From: an uncultured delta proteobacterium
GTDB lineage: Bacteria > Desulfobacterota > Binatia > Binatales > Binataceae
Assembly: GCA_963793115.1 (NCBI GenBank)
Contig: CAWBYV010000008.1
Coordinates: 228,250-292,249, forward strand
Direction: 5' to 3'
Length of the DNA stretch: 64,000 nucleotides
Of the stretch, positions 21,272-33,408 are shown in pieces. Positions within the stretch are counted from its first letter, which is position 1, and each line of letters begins with the position of its first letter. Made by a program: the position numbers and the translations under genes. The notes under the pieces are model-generated. The model did no database searches, was not told where the DNA came from, and worked only from the letters and a program-made list of their open reading frames with translations.

Positions 21272-21671
21272 CCCTGGGCGTGAGCGATCTGAAGAGATCG
21301 ACGGCGTTTTACGAACGCCTGGGATGGACGCTCGCATCGTCATCGAGCGAGCAGATCAGCTTCTTCAAGACCGCGGGCGGAGTGCTTGCATTGTATCCGT
21401 ACGAGTTGCTTGCCGAGGATGCCAATCTTCCCACCGTCGCTCGGAGCGCTTTCGGCGGCGTGACGCTGGCAATCAATGTCGAGACGCCCGAGCAAGTGCA
21501 ACCGGCACTCGACGCGGCCGCGGCGGCCGGAGGCAAGATCCTGAAGCGCGCGATCAAAGCGAGCTGGGGCGGAGTCTCCGGCTACTTTGCCGATCCGGAC
21601 GGATATCCATGGGAGGTCGCCTGGGGCCGCAATCTCTCATTCGCCCCGACGGCTCGCTCGAAGTGCCGTAG
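21240..21671 (+). CDS. VOC-family (glyoxalase/bleomycin-resistance fold) protein (two compensating frame breaks)
   Basis: GGAGGA RBS then ATG at 21240. Removing one C from a CCCC run yields MPIPRRISIVTLGVSDLKRSTAFYERLGW.., a canonical VOC N-terminus. The C-terminus ..GPQSLIRPDGSLEVP* is back in the original frame. Confidence 0.6.
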   Translation: MPIPAPNQHRDPGRERSEEIDGVLRTPGMDARIVIERADQLLQDRGRSACIVSVRVACRGCQSSHRRSERFRRRDAGNQCRDARASATGTRRGRGGRRQDPEARDQSELGRSLRLLCRSGRISMGGRLGPQSLIRPDGSLEVP

Positions 21672-21723
21672 TCGGCGCTACGGCTGGGGCGGATCGATAT
21701 CCGCTCACAGGCGCATCATGAAC

Positions 21724-22470
21724 TCAGCGCGCGCTGAGTGAGCCGACAGCCATTCGGAAGACTTCCTCCATGATACGCTCGCGCCGGCCGCCGTCCCGTG
21801 CCGGATCGTACCAGGTGTGAAACCAGTTCATCGCGCCGAACAGCAGCGAAGTGATAATCGCGCTCTGGCCGCGATCGAGCGTTGCGCCGCGTTTAGCCGC
21901 GACCTGCTCGAGGATCTTGCGACACAGGCCCGAATATTCGCGTTTGAGGCGGGCGATATCGGCCGCCTGAGCGCCGACCAGGGTGTCGCTCTCGCGCACG
22001 AGCACTTTCATCTCGGCCACGTTGTCCATGTGGTAGCCGAGATGGCTCTCGATGAAGAGCCGCAGCCGCACTTCGGGGTCCGCCACGCCCGCTAACCGCG
22101 TGTTGGCGCGCTGCTGGAGCTTTTCGAAAGCACGCCGGGCGATCAGATACAGCAGCTCTTCCTTGTTGCGGAGGTAATAGTAGATGCGCGGAAAAGAGAT
22201 TTCAGCGCGCGCCGCGATATCGCGAATCGACGCGAGGCCGAAACTCTTCTCTGCGAACTCGAATGCCGCCGCGCGCAAAATATGATCAATATTCGCATCG
22301 TACCGTTCGGCCGGGCTGAGCGTCTTGCTGCTGGGCCTGGTTCGCCGGGAAGCTCGATTGCGGGCGGCGCTGGCGGTCTTTCTCAAGGAAGTTCCCGGAG
22401 GCTTGCGCAATTGTCTCAATGGTCTAACCGTATCGGCGGCCAGCGGTAGAATCGGGGATCGGAATCCCAA
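21724..22470 (-). CDS. TetR/AcrR-family transcriptional regulator
   Basis: HTH region (FAEKSFGLASIRDIAARAEISFPRIYYYLRNKEELL) followed by a TetR-like C-terminal ligand domain. The low-complexity N-terminal roughly 50 aa are probably not translated. Confidence 0.75.
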   Translation of the reverse strand: MGFRSPILPLAADTVRPLRQLRKPPGTSLRKTASAARNRASRRTRPSSKTLSPAERYDANIDHILRAAAFEFAEKSFGLASIRDIAARAEISFPRIYYYLRNKEELLYLIARRAFEKLQQRANTRLAGVADPEVRLRLFIESHLGYHMDNVAEMKVLVRESDTLVGAQAADIARLKREYSGLCRKILEQVAAKRGATLDRGQSAIITSLLFGAMNWFHTWYDPARDGGRRERIMEEVFRMAVGSLSAR

Positions 22471-22547
22471 GCCGAGTCAGCAGCCTCCGCAATCCACCCT
22501 AACGCTTGCTCGGATAGCATCAGCGGCGGCCAACCGTCAACCGCGGG

Positions 22548-23371
<824 letters not shown>

Positions 23372-23485
23372 TTAACCCGCCACTCGATCCAGAAGCCCTC
23401 CGGGGCGATTTAATCGATTTTACAAAAGCGCCATTTTACAAACGCGTCGCGGCTTGCTACGCGAAAAGCAGGGAGACCGGCAGAG

Positions 23486-24374
23486 ATGGCTGATGCACGA
23501 ACGAAGGCGGAAGCGATCGCGCAGGAAGCGTACGCGCGATGGCTGGGCGTCAGAGTCAACAAAATCGAGCCGGATTGTGCCCGCGTTGAGTTGCCGTACA
23601 AGGAGGAGAACAGCAACCCCGGCAGGCAGGTGCAGGGCGGCGTGGTAGCCTCCGCGCTTGCGATCGTGGCCCGAATTGCCGCGCGCGCCGGCCTCGAAGC
23701 GGCGGAGCCGTGCGCGTCGGGGATGCTCTCCCTGAACGTGGGTTATCTCGCCTCGGCCGTGGGTGAAGCGATTTTCGCTGAAGGGCGCGTGATGCGCCGG
23801 GGCAAGGAGCTATGCTACGTGCGCTCGGAGGCGGCCAATCCCGATGGAAAGCCGCTCGGCACCGCGACAGTCGTTTATCGCGCGGCGCCGGGAATCGATC
23901 CCGCGCCGACTCAGCCGCCGCCGAATCGAACGGCAATCGATCGATCGGGCGACGCGGTCGAGGGTATCGAAGCGCAGGCCGGCGCGTTGACCGCATCGCC
24001 GTTCATCTCGGGCGTCGGGATGGTCGCCGAACAGATGAAGGACGGACGCGCGCGGCTGCGCTTGGCGCATCGCGAAACCAACGCCGGCGAGGGCGGTGCG
24101 ATCCACGGGGGAGCGATCGCGGCGCTGATCGACACCTGCGGCGCGCTGTCCGCGTGGTCGCTGGTGAAGCCGCAGCGCGGGATGCGCGTGTTGAACGGTC
24201 GGCATAGATGTGGAGTTCGTCAACGCCGTGAGAGATCAGGACCTGATCGCACGCTCCCGAACCGTCGGCCGCAAGCGCGAGATATTCTTCAACCGCGTCG
24301 AGATCGAATCGGCCGATGGAACGCTCGCCGCGTATGGGAGCGTGATCTATCGAATCGTGTTGCCGGAGCAATGA
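23486..24374 (+). CDS. tandem hotdog-fold (PaaI-type) acyl-CoA thioesterase (frame break near 24200)
   Basis: Two hotdog units (VQGGVVASALAIVA.. and AIHGGAIAALIDTCGALSAWSL). The C-terminus is recovered in the +1 frame (..VGIDVEFVNAVRDQDLIARSRTVGRKREIFFNRVEIESADGTLAAYGSVIYRIVLPEQ*) and ends 1 nt before the next ATG. Confidence 0.65.
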
Positions 24375-24375
24375 G

Positions 24376-25473
24376 ATGAGCGCGAAGAGCCTTGCCATCG
24401 TTCAGACCGGCGCGCGAAAGCTTGAACTCCGCGAATTTCCGCTGCCGGAGATTCGCGATGACGACGCGCTGCTGAAAGTCGAGGCCTGCGGAATCTGCGG
24501 CAGCGACTACGAGCAGTATCAGGGCGCGTTCGCCGCAATTCGGTACCCTGTGATTCCCGGCCACGAGCCGCTCGGCTTCATCGAGAAAATCGGCCCCGTC
24601 GCAGCCCGGCGATGGGGCGTCAAAGAAGGCGACCGGGTCGCGGTAGAGGTGCTGCTGCCGTGCGGATTCTGCGAGAATTGCCGCGCAGGCGCGTACCGGA
24701 TCTGCGTCGGCAAGGGCCGCATGTCCGCGTATGGATACACGCCATGCGAGATCGCGCCCGCGCTTTGGGGCGGCTACGCGCAGCACATGTACCTCGATCC
24801 GCAAACCATGATGCACAAAGTCTCGCCCAAGGTGCCGGCGGAGATCGCGGTGATGTTCAATCCGCTCGGCGCGGGAATCCGATGGGCGGTGCAACTACCC
24901 GGCACGACTATCGGCGACACGATCGTGATTCTCGGGCCCGGCCAGCGCGGTCTGGCGAGCGCGATCGCGGCGCGGGAGGCGGGCGCGTGCCAGATTATCG
25001 TCACGGGCCTCAAGCGCGACGCGAAAAAACTGGCGCTCGCGCGCGAGTTCGGCGCTACCCACACGATCGATGTCGAGCAGGATGACCCGGTCGCGGCGGT
25101 GCGGGAAATCACGCACGGGCGGATGGCGGACGTGGTGGTTGACGTTACCGCCTACGCCACCGCCGCCGTCACGCAGGCGATCGATATCGTGCGGCGCGGC
25201 GGGACGGTGGTGCTCGCCGGCACCAAGGGCCTGCGCCCGGTCGAGAATTTTCTGAGCGACAAAATCGTCGGCAAGGAGATTCGCGTGCAGGGCGCGATGG
25301 GCGTGGACTTCCGCGCCTACGTTCCGGCGATCCGGCTGATCGAGTCAAACCGCTATCCGCTCGAAAAGATGCATACCCATACGCTGCCGCTGGAACAGGC
25401 CGAACACGCGATCAAAATCCTCGCCGGCGAAGTCCCGGGCGAGGAGGCGATCCACATCGCGATCAAGATTTAG
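24376..25473 (+). CDS. zinc-dependent alcohol dehydrogenase (MDR family)
   Basis: 365 aa. Catalytic Zn motif (CGICGSDYEQYQG.., GHEPLG), structural Zn Cys cluster (CGFCENCRAGAYRIC), and Rossmann motif ILGPGQRG. Confidence 0.85.
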   Translation: MSAKSLAIVQTGARKLELREFPLPEIRDDDALLKVEACGICGSDYEQYQGAFAAIRYPVIPGHEPLGFIEKIGPVAARRWGVKEGDRVAVEVLLPCGFCENCRAGAYRICVGKGRMSAYGYTPCEIAPALWGGYAQHMYLDPQTMMHKVSPKVPAEIAVMFNPLGAGIRWAVQLPGTTIGDTIVILGPGQRGLASAIAAREAGACQIIVTGLKRDAKKLALAREFGATHTIDVEQDDPVAAVREITHGRMADVVVDVTAYATAAVTQAIDIVRRGGTVVLAGTKGLRPVENFLSDKIVGKEIRVQGAMGVDFRAYVPAIRLIESNRYPLEKMHTHTLPLEQAEHAIKILAGEVPGEEAIHIAIKI

Positions 25474-25782
25474 TCAGAGATCGCTTGGCCAGTAGACCGG
25501 TTATACCGTCAACGCGCTCGAAGTCCCGGTCGCTAGAGCCGCGATTCCAGTGACCCTCACCGCGCTTTTGGCGTTCCCGACCGCGCTTCGGCTGCCGGCT
25601 CCCGCGCGAGCCTGATTCGCGTTCGGACAACCATTCGTGACGGTGCCATGTAATCGCAGTCGATACTCACAACTATTCACACCGCTTTCACAAACCCCTA
25701 ATCGTCGCGTTACCTACAAGGCTTCCTATATGGCTCGTTCTCTAGCACAATCGAGTCGAGACGTTGCGCGGCGCGGAAGCTA

Positions 25783-26490
25783 ATGCCGGGAGGTGCGGTG
25801 ATGTTGCAGGTCGGCGATCGCGATATATCCATTGAGGTCCGCAATCGGCCGGGCCGTCCACGACTTTACTCCTGTGTGGCCACAGACAACGGCGACATCC
25901 TGGCGGCGTTGCGCCTGCGCCACCGGGTGTTCGTCGGCGAGATGAACGCCCAAATCGGCCACGCAGAGCGAGGGATCGAACGCGACCGCTTCGACGAGCA
26001 TTGCATTCACCTGCTCGTCCGGGAGGATGAGTCGCAGCGCGCGGTCGGAACATACCGAATTCTGTCCGGCGCTGCCGCACAACTGACGGGGGGCTTCTAC
26101 TCCGAGACCGAATTCGACTTGTGTGGATTGCCGCAGAAACTCGACAGGGTAGTCGAGATCGGCCGCGCCTGCGTCGATCCTGATTATCGCAGCGGCGCAG
26201 TAATAGCGATGCTATGGGCCGGGCTCTTCCGCTACCTCGCCGGCCAGCAAGCGGACTACGTAATCGGCTGCGCCAGCGTGAGTCTTGCCGAGGGGCGCGA
26301 GAACGCGGCGGCGACGTGCAATCGACTCACGCGCGATTGGCTGGCACCGCCGCAATGGCGGGTCGTGCCGCGGCGGCCTTTTCCGATCGGCGATGCGGGT
26401 CACGCTCCCGATTCGTCCATACCGGCGCTGATCAAGGGCTACCTTCGGCTGGGGGCGTACGTATGCAGTCAGCCGGCCTTTCGATCCTGA
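25783..26490 (+). CDS. olsB: GNAT-fold N-acyltransferase, ornithine-lipid synthase OlsB-like
   Basis: 235 aa. Acetyltransf_5/hemolysin-like family signature (LRHRVFVGEMNAQIG.., YRILSG..). Immediately upstream of a PlsC-family acyltransferase, as in olsBA loci. Confidence 0.7.
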   Translation: MPGGAVMLQVGDRDISIEVRNRPGRPRLYSCVATDNGDILAALRLRHRVFVGEMNAQIGHAERGIERDRFDEHCIHLLVREDESQRAVGTYRILSGAAAQLTGGFYSETEFDLCGLPQKLDRVVEIGRACVDPDYRSGAVIAMLWAGLFRYLAGQQADYVIGCASVSLAEGRENAAATCNRLTRDWLAPPQWRVVPRRPFPIGDAGHAPDSSIPALIKGYLRLGAYVCSQPAFRS

Positions 26491-26661
26491 ATTCGGCACC
26501 GCGGATGTCCTGATGATACTGCCGATGGCGCGGATGAATTCGCGCTATCTGCGTCACTTTGCGAGGACGGCGTAATGGCTGCCGCGACCGGATTCCGTAT
26601 CGGACCGTACGTTCCGTCCCGGCCCACCGGATATCGCTCCAAGCTCGGGCGGATCGGCCGC

Positions 26662-27436
26662 ATGGCGGCGCAGATCTGCCGCGCATGGCTGCTGACACGC
26701 GCGCGCGGCAGCCGCTTCGATGCGGCGATCGCGAGCCTGGCGATTCGTGTCATGGTCGGAAGGCATCCTGAAGAGCCTCAACGTGACGACCATAGTAGAC
26801 GGCGCGGGTCTCCGCGAAGACTCAGTCATGCTGCTCGCAAACCACCTCTCATGGCTGGATATCTGCGTTATCGGCGCCACCACCGGTGCGCGTTTCGTCG
26901 CCAAGCACGAGGTTCGCGGCTGGCCGGTGATTGGAGATTTGGCGGCGCGTTTCGGCAGCCTTTTTCACGTGCGCGGCCATTGTCGCGACGCCTGGCGAGT
27001 GAAGGAGGGCATCGCTCGCGCGCTCGCGAGGCGCGAGCGGGTGGCCGTGTTTCCCGAGGGCACCACTACCGACGGAACAGTGGTGGGATTTTTCTATCCT
27101 GCGATGGTGCAGGCGGCTATCGACGCCCGAGCTTGGGTGCAGCCGGTCGCGATTCGCTATCTAAGGCCGGACGGTTCGCCCAATCCGGCCGTCCCGTTTA
27201 TCGGAAGCCAATCGTTTGCCGAATCTCTCAAGCTGATCGTCGGGGAGCCACAGGTAATCGCGCGGCTCACTTTCTGCGCACCGATCGACACGCTCGGCCT
27301 GGAGCGCCGCGAGGTCGCGGCCCTGGCGCGTTCGGCCGTCGCGAGCGTTCTTGGAGTCGAGGAGATTACCCATCGCGCCGATCCCGGCCGGCTCTTTGCG
27401 TGGGCTGGTGGGCTTGCGTATCGCGCACCGGCTTGA
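26662..27436 (+). CDS. olsA: lyso-ornithine lipid O-acyltransferase (PlsC/LPLAT family), OlsA-like (possible frame break near 26750)
   Basis: HxxxxD acyltransferase motif (ANHLSWLD) and FPEGTTT. The N-terminal hydrophobic segment lies in the frame of ORF 26575..27651, whose Arg-rich remainder is a shadow ORF. Confidence 0.65.
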
Positions 27437-27515
27437 GGCGAAGTCCCATCTTCGAACGCCGATATGACATACCCGCTGACCCCGCGGCGCGCCTTTATCA
27501 CCCCGCGCCCGGCGG

Positions 27516-27981
27516 TCACAGGCGCGCGGGAAGCCATCGAGGGACCTTCCCGCAGTATTCATCGTATTCGGGCCCGAAGGTTCGCCGCAGATGCGGCTCT
27601 TCGTACAAGATGATGAATAGCTGGAAGCAGAGCGCGATCGCGACCGCGTAGCAGGCATGCTCCGCGCTGCGATAGAAAACGGCCCACCCCAGAATCACGG
27701 TCAACACGCCGACGTACATCGGGTTTCGTGTGTAACGGTAGAGGCCGCGGACCACGAGCCTTCCGGGAGCGTCGGCCGGAAACGGCGTCCCACGCCCGAA
27801 GGTCGCGAAATCCACGACGCACCAGGCGTAGATGGCGCCGCCGACCGTAAGAAGGGCTATTGCGATGACGAGGGCCGCACCTGCCGCCGGAGATCGATTC
27901 CGCGCCATCAGCAGCGGTACGTAAACTGCGACGGTTCCTGGTACCAGCAACGTGAAGAGCAGATTCTTCAGCAGAAGCATC
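27516..27981 (-). CDS. ICMT/PEMT-family membrane methyltransferase
   Basis: Start at internal MLLLKNLLF. Four TM helices. C-terminal SAM-binding signature of the isoprenylcysteine carboxyl/phospholipid methyltransferase family (RGLYRYTRNPMYVGV.., EEPHLRRTFGPEYDEYCGKVPRW). Confidence 0.6.
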
Positions 27982-28085
27982 GGAAGTTCCGTTTTCGAAG
28001 ACGCCGCCAAAACCAGCAAGCGCGGCGCGATCCCTCGCGATCGCGCCACTCATCTGCTTGGCTGTCACGATCGGCCGCGCCACGC

Positions 28086-29795
28086 CTACTGGCCGATCGG
28101 ACCCTGATAGACTTCGGCGAAGCGCAGCATGAGCTCCATCGGAATCGCAGAATTAGCCTCGCGGCTGGTCTTGATGCACACGACCGATGGACCCTGCGTT
28201 GCGATTGCGGACTTCAGGGCCGGTTCGAGATCTTCCAGGCGCTCGACGTAAAAGCCCTTGCATCCCAGGCCCTCGCCAACGCGATCCCATCGCACGGTTC
28301 CCATCTCGGTACCGAAGGTCCGTCCGTACAGCATCTGCTCGTTGGGCTCCTCCATCGTCCACGCCCCTTCGGCGAACACGACGGTTGCGATCTTCAACCT
28401 TTCACGCGCCGCCGATTGCATCTCCATGAAATTGAATCCGGCCGCGCCGTCGCCGCTGACGCAAACCACCTCACGGCCCGGGTTGCCCAGCTTTGCTCCG
28501 ATGGCGGAGGGAATTCCGGTACCGAGCATCCCGAGTTCGAGGATGTTGAGGTACGAACGAGGCCGCGTCGGCGGCAGGAACCAACTTGCCCACAAGCTGG
28601 TGTTGCCGCCGTCGGTGACGTAGATGCTGTCGCGTCCCCAGACCGCGCCCACCGCTTGCATCGCGTGCGCGGGATGAATCCCCGGTCCTTTCCAGGTCGC
28701 GACCGACGCGACTTGCTTTTCCCGCCATTTGCTGGTGGCGTCCTGGTACCGAGCCAAATCTTGCCCGCTCTTCGGCTGAATGTGCTTCGCCTGCAGCGCG
28801 CCAATCAGGTTCTCTAGCGCGGGTTTCAGATCGGAGATGATCGCGAGCGTGACCGGCCTGGTGACGCCCACGTTGCGCTGATCGATGTCGATCTGAATGA
28901 GCGTCTGATGGGCCGGGTCGCCCCAATATTTGTCATAGGGAGTATCCAGATTGCCAAGCCTGGAGCCGGCGGCCAGAACCGCGTCCGACTCGCGAAGCGC
29001 CAAGTCGGCGCCAGCGCTCCCGGCATTGAGAAAGTTCGGATGGTCGATCGGTATCGATGATCGTGCCGCCATGGTCCCGATTACCGGGCAGTTGAGGAAT
29101 TCCACTATCCTGATTAGTGCCGCGTTCGCGTCGGCGCGATCCACGCCCCCGCCTGAGATGATCAGGGGCCGTCGCGCACTCGCGATGATCGCCGCAGCCT
29201 CTTCAAGCTGCGCCTGGGAAGCCTGCGGCCCTTTCGCACGATACTTCTCGGGCGGCAACACCCGAACCTTCGCGTCATCGCCCGTCGCGTACATCAAGGG
29301 CGCAGGAACTTCGATATGAACAGGCCCCGGCCTTCCGTTCCACATCTCGCGGAACGCCATCCGCATCACTTCCGGTATCCGCTCCCACAGCAGGATCGGC
29401 GCGCTCCACTTCGTGACCGGCTTGAAGACATCAAGCTGGTCCTGGCCCTGAAAGGTTGAGGGCGGCGACGGGTACACAATCCCGAGCCGGTGCTGCGCGC
29501 TTATAACGACCACCGCTACGCCCTCGTGCCGCGCGGTAATCACGCCGGGGAGCAGGTTCGCCGATCCGGGACCGGGATTGCCCAGCACCGCAGCGACTTG
29601 TCCGGTCGTCTTGTACAGGCCCTCTGCCATGTGGACGCCCGCCGCCTCGTGTCTGACGGGAACGAACCTGATTTCGTACTGCTCGAGTTTAGCGAGCAGA
29701 GGGTCAACCTCGGGGCAGGGTAGTCCAAACACGAACTTCACACCCTCGCCAGCGAGGCATCTCGCAAGCAACTCTCCTCCGGTAATTTCGCTCAT
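28086..29795 (-). CDS. thiamine-pyrophosphate-dependent enzyme (acetolactate synthase/sulfoacetaldehyde acetyltransferase-like)
   Basis: 570 aa from the ATG at 29795. TPP N-terminal, central and C-terminal domains, including the GDG(X)nN motif (VCVSGDGAAGFNFMEMQSA). Confidence 0.8.
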   Translation of the reverse strand: MSEITGGELLARCLAGEGVKFVFGLPCPEVDPLLAKLEQYEIRFVPVRHEAAGVHMAEGLYKTTGQVAAVLGNPGPGSANLLPGVITARHEGVAVVVISAQHRLGIVYPSPPSTFQGQDQLDVFKPVTKWSAPILLWERIPEVMRMAFREMWNGRPGPVHIEVPAPLMYATGDDAKVRVLPPEKYRAKGPQASQAQLEEAAAIIASARRPLIISGGGVDRADANAALIRIVEFLNCPVIGTMAARSSIPIDHPNFLNAGSAGADLALRESDAVLAAGSRLGNLDTPYDKYWGDPAHQTLIQIDIDQRNVGVTRPVTLAIISDLKPALENLIGALQAKHIQPKSGQDLARYQDATSKWREKQVASVATWKGPGIHPAHAMQAVGAVWGRDSIYVTDGGNTSLWASWFLPPTRPRSYLNILELGMLGTGIPSAIGAKLGNPGREVVCVSGDGAAGFNFMEMQSAARERLKIATVVFAEGAWTMEEPNEQMLYGRTFGTEMGTVRWDRVGEGLGCKGFYVERLEDLEPALKSAIATQGPSVVCIKTSREANSAIPMELMLRFAEVYQGPIGQ

Positions 29796-29999
29796 GGGAA
29801 CCTCCGTGCAGATCCTACGCTCAATCCGTCCAGCCGGGTTCGGAACCCGGATGGCGCCGGCGCTTGCAATCAAACGCACCTTACGCGCATCGAAACCGCA
29901 TGAGCAAGAGCGGTGATGTTGCGTCGCGCTACACGGGCGCTCGCCCGATCGTCAGAGCTGGCGCGTTGGTGCCTTGAACGCCGCGCGACGATGTCAATT

Positions 30000-32900
30000 T
30001 TAATGGAAGTCGTGCGAGCGGGGGATCGCGGCGTCGAGGCGGAGCTCGGCGAAGCGCTGGCCGCGCACGTTGATCACGCCGTCGGCCTTTTGCAGCACGC
30101 CTTCGACCATCAGGATTTGCGCGCGATGGAGCAGCGCGCGGTGCCGCTGGAATACATCCGGGATGACTATAGCATTGGCTATTCCGGTTTCATCCTCGAG
30201 CGTGACAAAAAGGAAGCCCTTCGCGGTGCCCGGCCGCTGTCGCACGATCACGACGCCCGCGACTCTGACGGTCGAACCGTGAGCGGCGCTGGCCAATTCC
30301 GCCGCGCTCAGCACGCCGCGCGCCTTGAGCCTCGATCTGAGATGGGCCATCAGATGGGGGCCGGTCGTGACGCCGGTTGAAGCATAGTCGGCAACGGTTT
30401 CCTCGACCGGCGTCATCGTGGGAAGCGGCGCGGTTCCGGGAGCCGGCTCCGCACCGGCGAGCAGGCTTTGCGGGTCGCGCTCGACGGCGGCGACCTGCCA
30501 TAGAGCGTCGCGGCGCTCCAGAGTGAATGCGCTGAACGCGCCGGCGTGAGCGAGCGCGTCGATTTCGCGCCGGTTGGGACCGACGCGCGCGCTGAAGTCG
30601 GCGATCGATCTAAAGGGCCGGATGGCGCGTTCGCGCTCGATCGTGTGCGCGGCTTCGTCGCGGAGTCCGGCGATGTATCTGAGGCCAAGGCGGAGCGCTC
30701 TCAGTCGGGGGCTTGTCTCCGCACTCTCCCTTCTGCACCTCTCCCTGACCAGTCGCCACCGGCGCGGGGAGAGGTCGCCTCTTGATTTGCTACTGCAAGT
30801 CGCGAGGCGGGTGAGGGTAAACGTGCGAGAAGACCATCGCCAGAAGAGTAGGAAGGCAATACCCTCACCCGGCGCGCAGACGCGCCGGCCTCTCCCGCGC
30901 CGGTGGCGACTGGTCAGGGAGAGGCGAAGAGCAGAGCGTCGGCTGATCCTCGAGCGTGCATTTCCAATTGGAGCGCGTGACATCGATCGGAAGCACCGTG
31001 ACGCCGTGGCGTTGGACGTCTTTGACCAGAGTCGAGGGATGGTAGAAGCCGAGCGGATAACAATTGAGCATCGCGGCAAAGAACGCCGCCGGATGATGGC
31101 ACTTCAGATACGCGGAGGCATAGGCGATAAGCGCGAAGCTGGCGGCGTGCGATTCCGGAAAGCCGTAAAGCGCGAATGAAGTGATCGATCGCACGATCTC
31201 GTCGGCGCGGGCACCGGTGATCCGGTTGCGCGCCATTCCGTCGCGCAGCCGCAGCTCGATCTTTTCCATCCGCGCCGCCGAGCGCTTGAACCCCATCGCG
31301 CGGCGCAGCTCCTCGGCTTCGCCGCCGCTGAAACCCGCCACGGTCATCGCCATCCTGAGCAACTGTTCCTGAAAGAGCGGCACGCCGAGCGTGCGGCGCA
31401 AAATTGGTTCGAGCGAAGGATGAGCATAGCGGACCGGCGCGCGGCCGTTGCGGCGATCGAGATACGGATGGACCATTTTTCCTACTATCGGTCCGGGCCG
31501 GATTATCGCAACCTCGACCACCAGGTCGTAAAAGTTACGCGGCTTCATCCGCGGCAGCGTCGCCATCTGGGCGCGGCTTTCGACCTGAAAGACGCCGACC
31601 GTGTCGGCCCGCCGCAGCATCGCGTAGACCTCTGGATCGTCCGGCGGGAGATGGGCGAGGTCGACCGCGACGCCTTCATGTTGGCGGACGAGCGGAAGAG
31701 CCTCCTCCAGTACGGCGAGCATCCCCAGCCCGAGCAGGTCGATCTTGATGATCCCCAGGTCTGCGCAGTCTTCCTTGTCCCACTGGACGACCACCCGCCC
31801 CGGCATCGAGGCCGGCTCCAGCGGCACGATCTCGTCGAGCGGCCCCGCGCCGATCACCATCCCGCCGCTGTGCTGGCCGAGATGGCGCGGGAGACCCTGG
31901 AGCGGCGCACCAGTCCGATCAGCAGCCGGATTCGCGGGGTGCGGGGATCGATGCCGCCATTGTGGAGCAGCGCCGCGATATCATCGTGATCGTCGCGAAA
32001 CTCGTAGACGCGGTTGAGCTTCGCGAGGCGATCGACCTGAGCGAGCGAGAAGCCCAGCGCCTTGCCGGCCTCGCGCACGGCGCTGCGCGTGCGATAGGTA
32101 ATCACGTTGGCGGTCATCGCGGCGCCGCGCTCGCCGTAACGGCGATAGACGTACTGAATCACCTTCTCGCGCTGATCGCCGCTGGGCAGGTCGATATCGA
32201 TATCGGGCCACTCGCCGCGTTCCTCGGACAAAAAGCGCTCGAACAGGAGTTCCATCCTGACCGCGTCGACCGCGGTGATTCCGAGCGCGTAGCAGACCGC
32301 ACTGTTGGCCGCCGAGCCGCGGCCCTGCGCCATGATCCGGTTTTCGCGGCAAAACTGCACAACGTCCCATACGATCAAAAAGTAGCCGGCGAGCTTGAGC
32401 CGCTCGATTACGCCGAGCTCGTGCTCGAGCTGCTGGCGCACGCGCGGCCCGGGCTCCGCGCCCCATCGTTCGCGCGCGCCCGCCCGGGTCAGTGCGCGCA
32501 GGTAGCTGTCGGGCGTTTCGCCGGGCGGGATCGGATAGTCGGGAAACCGGTAGCCCAGGTCCTTGAGCGTGAACTCACATCGCGCGGCGATTTCGCGGGT
32601 CGCAGCGATCGCGCCCGGCAGATCGCGGAACGACGCTGCGACTTCGGCCGGCGGTTTGAGATAGCGCTGGTTGTTGACCCACAGCGCCCGCCCGGCTTCG
32701 TCCAGCGTGGTCTTGAGCCGGATACAGGTGAGCACGTCGAGCAATTCGCGCTCGGTTCCGGTGTGACAGACGTCGTTGGTCGCGACGATCGGAACTCGCA
32801 TCGCGGCGGCGAGCGCGAGCAGCTTGCGATTGAGCCGCTCCTGGCCGGGATCGAGATGGCGCTGGAGATCGATAAAGAGATTTCCGGCGCCGAGGCTCGC

Positions 32901-33389
32901 GCCGAGCCGGTCGCATAGTTGACGCGGATTTTCGCCCCGCAAGAGCATCCGCGAGACCGGGCTGAAAACGCCGCCGGCGATACAGATCAGGCCGGCGCCG
33001 AATCGCTCGAGGTCGTCGAGGCTGATGCGGCCCTCGCCCTTGGGAGCGCGCAGCTTCGAGCCGGTGATCATCCGGCAGAGATTTTTGTAACGTGCACGAT
33101 CGGGAACCAGGATGTAGAGCCGCGACGGCGCGGCATCGCGCTCGCGCCCGGATTGCCCGACGTTATCTTCCAGAGTCAGCTCGGCGCCGACTATCGCCTT
33201 GATCCCGGCGCGGACCGCGGCGTGATAAAAGCGGGGCGCTCCGTAAAGTCCGTCGCGATCGCCCAGCGCGAGCGCGGGATAGCCGAGCGCGGCGGCGCGA
33301 TCGACCAGGTCCTCGGGGGTTGCGGCGCCTTCGAGAAAGCTGAACGCGCTGCGCGCGCGCAGCTCGATATAGTCAGAGTGAGTAGTCAT
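30000..33389 (-). CDS. dnaE2: error-prone DNA polymerase DnaE2 (ImuC), interrupted by a roughly 190-bp palindromic repeat insertion near 30736-30926
   Basis: Three ORFs (31854..33389 PHP/pol III alpha N-terminal, 30865..31860 fingers/thumb, 30000..31079 OB-fold C-terminus) are colinear with DnaE2. Frames change at 31860 and inside the repeat element. Confidence 0.8.
30736..30926. repeat. composite REP/MITE-like element: two inverted units (head TACCCTCACCCG.. tail ..TGGTCAGGGAGAGG) forming a roughly 190-bp hairpin, inside dnaE2
   Basis: Left arm 30738-30774 (CCTCTCCCTGACCAGTCGCCACCGGCGCGGGGAGAGG) is the reverse complement of right arm 30889-30924. Inner GGGTGAGGGT / ACCCTCACCC at 30810-30819 and 30861-30870. 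Confidence 0.6.
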
Positions 33390-33408
33390 TACTATTACAA
33401 CTCAGCGA

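Noticed and set aside
26575-27651. 358-aa + strand ORF (MAAATGFRIGPY..) spanning olsA in another frame
   Set aside because: Arg/His-rich shadow ORF. Only its first roughly 45 codons plausibly contribute the OlsA N-terminus via a frame break. The rest is rejected in favour of the PlsC-motif frame 26720..27436.
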